From a virus (Duplodnaviria > Caudoviricetes), in the IMG/VR virus record IMGVR_UViG_3300046004_001101, positions 1-60,531 of that record: a stretch of DNA of 60,531 nt, one strand, 5' to 3'. Below, piece by piece: positions 53,199-60,531 of this stretch (position 1 is the first letter of the stretch; the number at the start of each line of letters is the position of its first letter). The notes beneath the pieces were generated by a model. That model made no database searches and was not told the origin of the DNA. It saw nothing but the letters and a program-made list of their open reading frames with translations. The translations under genes and the position numbers were made by a program.

Positions 53199-54750
53199 TG
53201 CTGGGTTTCAAGTACCTAAGAATGTGAATGTGGTATTTCGACCTAATCCAGGTTCTCAAACTTTGGCATTAAATTGTCCTGCGGACGAAGTGCTATATTC
53301 ATCTGGACGCGGGGTCGGTAAGTCGATTGCACAGTTAGCTAGGTTTAGAGCTACTGTTGGTAGGGGTTACAAAAGTCACTGGGTTGGGGTCATTATTGAT
53401 AGGGGATATAAAAACTTAGATAACTTAATCATGGAATCGAAAAGAATGTATAGTGCATTCGATGACGGAGCTAAGTTTTATTCATCTAAAGGTGATTTAA
53501 AGTGGCAGTGGAAATCGGGGGAAACACTTATGTTTCGCTCTGTTGAAACTGAGGAGGAATACCAAAATTTACATGGTTTTTCTGTACCTTTTATTGGTAT
53601 AAACGAGTTGACCCAGTATAGAGATTTACGAATTTATGATTTATTACTATCTATCAATCGAAGTGGATTTGTGCCTGAAGACCACCCGCTACCAGACGGC
53701 TCTATTCTACCTCCAATCCCTATGTGTGTGTTCTCGACGACTAATCCCTCTGGCGTTTCGGCTCTAGCAGTAAAAAAGCGATTCGTTGATATTGGGAAAC
53801 CAGGTGAAATTGTTAAAAAACATACTGAAATTATCGACCAAATTTCAAAAGAAAAGAAAATAATCACTAGAACAATCTGTCATATTCAAGGTCATTATAC
53901 TGAAAATCCTAAATTAGACCAGTCTTATATCGCGTCGCTATCTAACATTCAAGACCCTAGATTACGCGCTTGTTGGGTCGATGGTGATTGGAACGCCGTT
54001 GCAGATGAATCGGGTATTTTTGCAAATGTCTGGGACTTTGATACTCACGCAATCGACCCATTTGATATTCCATCTGATTGGTACATAGATAGGGTCATGG
54101 ACTGGGGACAATCGAGTCCGTCAGCAGTGATTTATTTTGCCGAATCGAATGGAGAAGATGTCCGTCTAAAAAATGGGAAAACGAAATCAACTATTAAAGG
54201 CGATTTATTTATTTTTAATTCCATCTATACTTGTATGGAAGATAGATTGGACATAGGTACTGATATTCTACCTAAAGAACTTGCTGAACTTATCGTTAGA
54301 CATGAATTGGCGCATGGTATTTATGGTAGAGTAAATGACGGGGTTTGCGACACAGCTATGTTTGCTCAAATAAGTGGAAATAGCGTGTGCGGATTGATGA
54401 ATCAACCTGTCACAGTGGGTAATAAAGTGTATAAAGGGATTACCTGGCGTAGATTTGAAGGATTGAAAAAAGCAGGTACTCGTGTTGATGGGATTACTTT
54501 ATTTAAAGAACGATTGTTTAATTCAATGATAACACCTAATAAAAGTTATCGTGATAAACCTGGTATCTTTGTGTTCAACATTGATGAAAATAGAGCGTTA
54601 TTAGAAATTGTACCGTACATGATGCGCGATAAAAAGAACCCTGATGACGTAGACGGTCACAATGACCACCATCTTGACACAATTCGATATAAACTATTAT
54701 CTATGAATGCTGCGGGTGGAAAAGGAGGTCGTGTTGTAGGTTTGACTTGA
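53191..54750 (+). CDS. terL: Terminase large subunit
   Basis: GRGVGKS, INELTQ, TTNP, G.W, DWGQSSP, DH.LD.IRY. Confidence 0.92.
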   Translation: MIDAGFQVPKNVNVVFRPNPGSQTLALNCPADEVLYSSGRGVGKSIAQLARFRATVGRGYKSHWVGVIIDRGYKNLDNLIMESKRMYSAFDDGAKFYSSKGDLKWQWKSGETLMFRSVETEEEYQNLHGFSVPFIGINELTQYRDLRIYDLLLSINRSGFVPEDHPLPDGSILPPIPMCVFSTTNPSGVSALAVKKRFVDIGKPGEIVKKHTEIIDQISKEKKIITRTICHIQGHYTENPKLDQSYIASLSNIQDPRLRACWVDGDWNAVADESGIFANVWDFDTHAIDPFDIPSDWYIDRVMDWGQSSPSAVIYFAESNGEDVRLKNGKTKSTIKGDLFIFNSIYTCMEDRLDIGTDILPKELAELIVRHELAHGIYGRVNDGVCDTAMFAQISGNSVCGLMNQPVTVGNKVYKGITWRRFEGLKKAGTRVDGITLFKERLFNSMITPNKSYRDKPGIFVFNIDENRALLEIVPYMMRDKKNPDDVDGHNDHHLDTIRYKLLSMNAAGGKGGRVVGLT

Positions 54751-54865
54751 TTTATTTACTTTATAAAAATAGTATGGTACTATGAAGATTTATATTGACA
54801 TTTACTTTAAGATATGATACTATTTTCTTGCCAATTGTGGCATAACCTAATAAAAGGAAAATATC

Positions 54866-55540
54866 ATGTCAAATACTGATTTAATCACATTAGTTCAATC
54901 TGAGTTTCGCGTAGATTCTCGTCTTTTAGCTACTCAACTAGACCATCGTCATCGTACAATTTACGAATCCATTGTTAAATATAGTAAGGAATTACAAGAA
55001 CTTGGACTGCTCCCAGTTGAATCGGAGTCAGTGAAGGAGGAAGGTAATCGAGGCGCAAAACTTCATAAATTCTATCTTTTAAATGAAGACCAATGTTATT
55101 TTGTATTAACTAATATGCGAAACAACGATAAGGTTGTTAAATTAAAATTAAATTTAGTTAAAGCATTTAGTAATGCTAGAAAACAATTAGCTGAACGAGA
55201 TTTAGCTAGGTTGGAAGGTAAAAAAGTTCGTAGAAGTGAAACTGACGCGATTAAGGATTTGATTGCATACGCTAAAGGCAATGGTTCAAAAACTGCCGAT
55301 AAATGGTTTTACGTCAATCTAACAACTATGACAAATAAAGTCATGGGTGTCGAAGCAGGTCAACGCGACTTTATGGATTCACGTCAGTTACAGTTATTAA
55401 AACTAGCTGAAACAATGATTGAGATTGCAATTCGTGATGGGATGAAAGCTGAATTATCGCATAGCGAAATTTATACTTTGTGTAAAGATAGAGTAAGTGA
55501 CATCATTATCCCTCTACGACAAGATAAATTGTTAAAATAA
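54866..55540 (+). CDS. Rha-family phage regulatory protein
   Basis: VDSRLLA...H..I, YLLNEDQ, K..LVKAF; promoter TTGACA-17-TACTAT at 54795-54823. Confidence 0.82.
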   Translation: MSNTDLITLVQSEFRVDSRLLATQLDHRHRTIYESIVKYSKELQELGLLPVESESVKEEGNRGAKLHKFYLLNEDQCYFVLTNMRNNDKVVKLKLNLVKAFSNARKQLAERDLARLEGKKVRRSETDAIKDLIAYAKGNGSKTADKWFYVNLTTMTNKVMGVEAGQRDFMDSRQLQLLKLAETMIEIAIRDGMKAELSHSEIYTLCKDRVSDIIIPLRQDKLLK

Positions 55541-55603
55541 ATGTGACATCAACCTAGCTGTAGTAAAATACAGTTAGGTTTTCCAACTTCGGATAACAAA
55601 CCA

Positions 55604-56284
55604 ATGAAAATTAAACAAATAAACGACACTGAGAGCATCATTAACACAGTAACTCTAAGCAGGGTGAATGAACATGACTACCGATTAGTTATTAAATTAA
55701 ACTCTAATCCAACTATTCATCACACTACTACAAATACAATCTTACTACAGCAATTCGAGTATAGAGGTTTAAACAGAACGGTTCAGACAGCTAGAATTGA
55801 CTTAGATTTTAATACAACGTATGATTGGTACACATTTAAAGAAGGTAATGTATTAGCAATTATCTTTTACAACAATATGAAAACACGATTATTAAACGAG
55901 GTAAAATAATGAAACCAGAAGTACATCATGGTAAGTGGAATGGCGGTAAAGGTTCAACGCCCAGACCAACGAATCAACAAAAATATGCTGCCAATTGGGA
56001 TAGAATCTTCGGTAAAAAAGAATTGACAGATAAACCTGATTCAGATATAATCGCTGAAACTTTAACTAGGAGATAAAATGAAAGTAGAATTAGTACCAGA
56101 AGTAGGTGATGTAGTTTATTTAAACTCGGATTTTGACCGTTCTACACCAATGACGATTGAAAGTATCAATGATTCATGTGAATGTTGTGATGAACGTATT
56201 GTGAGTGTTGTTTACGCTGATTACGGTGATATTAAACGCGATGAATTCGATATTAAAATGTTATCGTATGAAGAATTAGGTTAA
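55604..56284 (+). CDS. Three small ORFs (55604-55909; 55909-56076 with GKGS.PRP...NWDRIF; 56078-56284 YodC-like)
   Basis: Coupled ORFs; last has VGDVVYLNS...PMTIE and a consensus TTGACA-17-TATAAT at 56023-56051. Confidence 0.6.
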
Positions 56285-56302
56285 GTTTTATCCAATTTAG
56301 CG

Positions 56303-56338
56303 AACCCTTTATGATTAAAAATCATAAAGGGTTTTTTA
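56303..56338 (+). terminator. Intrinsic terminator
   Basis: 14-bp stem aaccctttatgatt/aatcataaagggtt plus T-run. Confidence 0.8.
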
Positions 56339-56414
56339 TTGTCCATAAATAATATATTGACTTTATAAAGATAGTATGCTATGATTTCAAGTATTTAGCT
56401 AAGGAAATACTACA

Positions 56415-58304
56415 ATGAAAGACTGTAAAAATTATATTGTAACTGATACGGGTAGAGAATATGATGTACCAATATTCAAATACATAACAACTTCTGATAA
56501 ACCAATTCCGCTATCAACATTAACTCCTTATGTGGATGAAGTGGTTTATACTGACCAGAATGGATTAAAATTGTATTCTGATGGAGAATCGTTAGTTTCT
56601 ATAAACGGACAATCAACAAAACGCCTAACCACAATTATGGTTGGCAATTCAATCACGGCACAATGTCAGGTTGCGGATGGTAAAAGCCAATTCAATGCTG
56701 GAAGTGAGATGGTATGGGCTAACATTTTTTCAGGCGGAGCGTTCCGATTGCCTGAATTAAGCAGTGTATATATTTCAAGTGTTAATTTTTGTGATTCGAG
56801 AGGTGTGCATGGACATGGCGGGGCGACATCAACTACGATTGCCAATGAAGTAGATTCAATGCTTTTCAAAGCGTGCAAATCAAGCAATGTAATTCCTGAT
56901 TTACTTTGGATTCATGCACTTTTTGAAAATGACTTAGGGCAGGACTTGTCTGTCGATACCTCTATTGCAAACCTAAATAAAATTATCGCATTAGCTCGTG
57001 CAGCTTTTCCAAACATTAAAATACTGATTGGAAAATGTAGACCTTCTGCATCTGTCTTTCCTAATGCCACTAGATTAGCTAATTTTATTGAGCTTAACTC
57101 TCGATTAGATAGTTATGCAGATGGGAAAATTACGTTTGTATATGACCCTGGTGCTAGTTATTCGGAATCAACAGCTAGATGGAAAACAGTCAAAGCGGTT
57201 GGAACTATCTCAGGTACAACGCTGACAGTCAATAGTATCACTGACAACACCACTATTGGATTAAATCAATTAGTTACGATTACAACAGATTATGTTCCTG
57301 GCTGGACTTATGCAACTATTACCAACACAGGTACAACAAACGGTGGTGTAGGTACTTACACGATTACTAACGCAAGTGGGTTAGCGATAACAAATGGAAA
57401 CATTGAAATTCATACTTACACTGACACTGTAGTTCACCCAACGCCACCCGCTGTAATGTGTTCAGCAAGAGTGGCTATTTCAGCTATTGGTAGCTTGATT
57501 AGTAACCCAGTTAATGAAAACAAAACAGTTTCTTCAAATCCAGCGTTGACAGGTTCTGTAGCATTAACTGGAACAAATATAGTCCCAGGTTCAACCACAC
57601 CTACGGGGTGTGTATATAGTGCTGGCACACTTGGTTGGGGTTTAATCACAACTACTGCGTTGAATCCTGGTTTGCGATTTAGCGTGACCAATGTTAATAC
57701 TAGTGGATTACTATTTAAACCGCTAGGCTCATTATTGCTTACAGACTTTACACCAACAATTCCTTACGATGCGGTAAGACCTTACGCAGTAGTCAAAATA
57801 CGAAGCGGAGCGGAATTTATAAGAAGCATCTCAATCAACCCTAGATACAAAATAGGGGCTACTCAATTGGGGATTGAAAGTATGTACAATTTTCAATCTT
57901 CACACGCTGATGGTGAGTTTAGAAATGGTGATATTGTTAAAGAAATAATATTGTGTCCGTATCGTTCACCTGACAACGGAGCGAATTACATAACAAACGT
58001 AAAGTTATATTTGCAAACTTACATCAAATCACACACACCTACTGATGCCATTATTGAGTTTGATGTGATTGATTGTGGCTTTGAAGTAATTGACGACAAT
58101 ACCTATATCGCAACATTAGTAGCTGGCACTGTTACTGTATCATCACCACTTGTTACACAATCATCAAAAGTATTTGTTGCGCGTCGTAATCAGGCTGGTA
58201 CGGTTGGTCAAATAACTGAAACGGCGAGAGTACCTGGAACATCAATCACATTTACATCTAGTTCTGCGACAGATACATCTTCGATTATCTGGAAAATTCT
58301 GTAA
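56415..58304 (+). CDS. SGNH-hydrolase-containing fibre/spike-like protein
   Basis: VGNSIT, GHGG, END, DTVVHP blocks; C-terminal ATLVAGTVTV...SSSATDTS domain of phage fibres; promoter TTGACT-17-TATGAT at 56357-56385. Confidence 0.7.
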   Translation: MKDCKNYIVTDTGREYDVPIFKYITTSDKPIPLSTLTPYVDEVVYTDQNGLKLYSDGESLVSINGQSTKRLTTIMVGNSITAQCQVADGKSQFNAGSEMVWANIFSGGAFRLPELSSVYISSVNFCDSRGVHGHGGATSTTIANEVDSMLFKACKSSNVIPDLLWIHALFENDLGQDLSVDTSIANLNKIIALARAAFPNIKILIGKCRPSASVFPNATRLANFIELNSRLDSYADGKITFVYDPGASYSESTARWKTVKAVGTISGTTLTVNSITDNTTIGLNQLVTITTDYVPGWTYATITNTGTTNGGVGTYTITNASGLAITNGNIEIHTYTDTVVHPTPPAVMCSARVAISAIGSLISNPVNENKTVSSNPALTGSVALTGTNIVPGSTTPTGCVYSAGTLGWGLITTTALNPGLRFSVTNVNTSGLLFKPLGSLLLTDFTPTIPYDAVRPYAVVKIRSGAEFIRSISINPRYKIGATQLGIESMYNFQSSHADGEFRNGDIVKEIILCPYRSPDNGANYITNVKLYLQTYIKSHTPTDAIIEFDVIDCGFEVIDDNTYIATLVAGTVTVSSPLVTQSSKVFVARRNQAGTVGQITETARVPGTSITFTSSSATDTSSIIWKIL

Positions 58305-58422
58305 TAATTTATTTAAACCCCTATTTTATTTAATTAAAGGTATTGACAAGTGTGCTACACTTATGATACTATTCCCACTGTTTTAAATCAAATCAAATAA
58401 ATCATTCCTATTGGAGATAATC

Positions 58423-58689
58423 ATGGCGTTAAAAGAAGTAGTAAAAGAAGTTCAAACTCAATTGGCTTTAGCTGGTGTAGAAGTAAGTCAGAAATCAGCT
58501 CGTGAAGTATTAGACATCGTTCTAACTATCGTGAAGAATACATCTGTAGAAGAAGGTAAATTAACTGTGCCTAACTTTGGTACATTTAAAGTTAAACAAC
58601 GCGCTGAACGTAATGGACGTAACCCGCAAACAGGTGAAGCATTGACTATTCCTGCTAAACAAGTTTTGACGTTCAAAGCAAGTAAATAA
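58423..58689 (+). CDS. HU/IHF-family DNA-binding protein
   Basis: NFGTFKVKQRAERNGRNPQTGE.LTIPA..V..FKASK; promoter at 58343-58372. Confidence 0.93.
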   Translation: MALKEVVKEVQTQLALAGVEVSQKSAREVLDIVLTIVKNTSVEEGKLTVPNFGTFKVKQRAERNGRNPQTGEALTIPAKQVLTFKASK

Positions 58690-58708
58690 GTTCTAAGGAA
58701 GGTTTAGA

Positions 58709-58969
58709 ATGGACGAATTATCTGAATTAAAATTACAGGTAGCACAGTTAAGAGAAGAATTAACTTCTCTTAAAACACCATCCGAGTATAAACCTTCTTT
58801 GTGGCAACGATTCAAGTTCAAATTGAGTGAAAAAGGTTCGCAACAAGGTGTGTTAGCAATAATCCCCTTACTTGCGACCCAGTTTCATATACCTACTGAA
58901 AGTTTAGTAGCGATATTTGCATTTGTGCTTGGTATTGCTGGAATTCATAATTTTATATTAGAAGGGTAA
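58709..58969 (+). CDS. Small membrane protein, holin candidate
   Basis: Two hydrophobic segments after a charged N-terminus. Confidence 0.45.
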   Translation: MDELSELKLQVAQLREELTSLKTPSEYKPSLWQRFKFKLSEKGSQQGVLAIIPLLATQFHIPTESLVAIFAFVLGIAGIHNFILEG

Positions 58970-60477
58970 TGATGCAAGCCACATTAACACATCCATTATA
59001 TACTTACGCATTAGAAGATTGGACTTTGATGCGCGATTGTTATAAAGGTGAGAAACAAGTTAAAAGTAAAGGTGAAGTGTATTTACCTGCTACAAGTGGA
59101 CATCAAATTGATGGAATGCTGTCAGGTCAACTAGGTAAAGAAGCATACGATTCATACAAGAAACGAGCTGTTTATCATAACTTTCCTTATGATGCAGTAG
59201 AGTCTTATATAGGCTTATTGCACTATAAGCCGACACAAATTAACCTACCGAAAGAAATGGAATTCTTGCGAAGCAAGGCTACCATTAACGGTGATTCATT
59301 ATCGTATTTGTTGCGTAGAATTCACGCACAACAGTTAATTACAGGTCGAGTAGGCTTGCTTGCTGATATTGATTCATCAGGTTCAGGTATGCCTTATATT
59401 GCTGTGTATCATGCAGAAAACATTGTAAATTGGGATGAAGGTTCTGATAATGTCGGTATGAATGCACTTAACCTAATTGTGTTGGATGAAACTGAATGGG
59501 TTCGTAATAACGGCTTAGGTTGGAGTGAAGAAGTTAAATACCGCGTATTATCGCTAGGTGATGTGTTTGCTAACGAAGAAGACAGACAATCTAGTATTTA
59601 TTCACAAAGTATTCTTTTAGGAAACGTTGATACTGCTACACCATCGGATTTCATTACACCTAAATATCGTGGTCAAACATTAAATGAAATCCCATTTGTG
59701 TTTGTCAATAGTAAGGATGTATTAGCAACACCAGACACACCTCCGTTATTAGGTTTAGCGAATTTATCGTTAGCTATTTATCGCGCTGAAGCAGATTATC
59801 GTCACACATTATATATGCAAGGTCAAGATACCTTAGTTGTGATTGGTGGCGTTAATCATGGTGAAGATTCAGCTACACGAGTTGGAGCTGGCGCAAAGAT
59901 TGATGTTGACCCAGGCGGTGACGCGAAGTTTATTGGTGTGTCTAGTTCAGGTTTAGCTGAAATGCGCCAAGCAATCGCTAACGATAAAGAAGCTGCTGTC
60001 GGTAAAGCTGGACAGTTGATGAACAGTAATTCTAAGCAAGAATCAGGTGACGCACTTAAAATTCGTATGGCTGCACAAACAGCTAACTTAAACCAAGTTG
60101 CTGTGACGGCTGCCTACGCATTAGAAGAACTGCTTAAAAAGGTTGCTAGATGGATGAACCTTGACGATAGTCAAGTTGTGGTCATTCCAAACCTACAGTT
60201 CTCTGATAAAGATATGCGTGGTCAAGACTTCGCACAGTTAATCGCAGCTAAGAACACAGGGTTATTACCTCTAGCGGATGAATCTGTACATAATATCTTG
60301 AAAGAGCAAGGTTACACAAAACTAACGTATGAAGAAGAACGTAAGTTAATGAAGAAGAATGTGTTAGAACCACCTATTAAGCCTGAAACTACTTCAGGTG
60401 ATGTAGGAGTTCAACAACCTACTGCATCAATGGCTGTTGACCGTGTCACTGTGAATAACAAGCCAATTAACGGGTGA
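58969..60477 (+). CDS. Portal protein (DUF4055 type)
   Basis: HP.Y....W..MRD...GE..VK..GE.YLP, Y..Y..RA, ENIVNW, IPFVF, PPLL.LA, ESG.A. Confidence 0.9.
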   Translation: MMQATLTHPLYTYALEDWTLMRDCYKGEKQVKSKGEVYLPATSGHQIDGMLSGQLGKEAYDSYKKRAVYHNFPYDAVESYIGLLHYKPTQINLPKEMEFLRSKATINGDSLSYLLRRIHAQQLITGRVGLLADIDSSGSGMPYIAVYHAENIVNWDEGSDNVGMNALNLIVLDETEWVRNNGLGWSEEVKYRVLSLGDVFANEEDRQSSIYSQSILLGNVDTATPSDFITPKYRGQTLNEIPFVFVNSKDVLATPDTPPLLGLANLSLAIYRAEADYRHTLYMQGQDTLVVIGGVNHGEDSATRVGAGAKIDVDPGGDAKFIGVSSSGLAEMRQAIANDKEAAVGKAGQLMNSNSKQESGDALKIRMAAQTANLNQVAVTAAYALEELLKKVARWMNLDDSQVVVIPNLQFSDKDMRGQDFAQLIAAKNTGLLPLADESVHNILKEQGYTKLTYEEERKLMKKNVLEPPIKPETTSGDVGVQQPTASMAVDRVTVNNKPING

Positions 60478-60480
60478 TTT

Positions 60481-60531
60481 ATGACATTTACTGAAGATGA
60501 GTTATCAGATGACGCTAACGCTATTTTTAAT
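60481..60531 (+). CDS. Start of next head gene (truncated)
   Basis: ATG 3 nt after portal stop, open to window end. Confidence 0.45.
   Translation, partial: MTFTEDELSDDANAIFN

Noticed and set aside
53590-53620. TerL Walker B reading INE rather than DE as a sign of inactivity
   Set aside because: Catalytic Glu and all other motifs are intact; cannot argue loss of function
2123-58676. Antisense/alternate-frame ORFs inside long genes (e.g. 2123, 2781, 5600, 9489, 26883, 45314, 50487, 53634, 57434)
   Set aside because: Shadow ORFs of well-supported genes or leaders, with no motifs
1-60531. tRNA genes, reverse transcriptase/DGR, integrase, introns or inteins
   Set aside because: No cloverleaf, RT motifs, recombinase motifs or interrupted core genes recognised by eye; a tRNAscan/HMM run would be needed to exclude them fully

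Overview
AT-rich segment of a tailed dsDNA bacteriophage genome, probably a siphovirus of a proteobacterial host (inferred from sigma70 promoters, boxA and IHF sites). No integrase, tRNA or CRISPR array was seen. Order: end of the tail module (tape measure C-terminus, two tail proteins, S74-chaperoned tail fibre; + strand); a ~39 kb minus-strand replication/metabolism arm (two GH24 lysozymes, family-B polymerase, two DNA methylases, NrdAB, ThyX, SF2 helicase, Cas4-like nuclease, SSB, Sak4-like ATPase, ligase, beta-clamp, dUTPase, Dda/RecD-like helicase, primase-helicase, several HNH/KilA-N/AntA genes); a largely non-coding control region (44.3-47.4 kb); an early gene cluster; then TerS, TerL, an SGNH fibre-like protein, HU and portal. 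Most notable: (1) two copies of a covarying, apparently pseudoknotted leader RNA with core GGUAGCUCCYGAAA, upstream of the SF2 helicase and an HNH gene; (2) three sequence-unrelated leaders sharing an a-b-a'-b' switch topology ahead of AntA/HNH genes; (3) an 11/22-bp-phased GATATAC array flanked by three RHH-like genes and IHF sites; (4) beta-clamp-binding-like motifs on several phage proteins together with a phage-encoded clamp. All calls come from reading motifs by eye; no searches were run.
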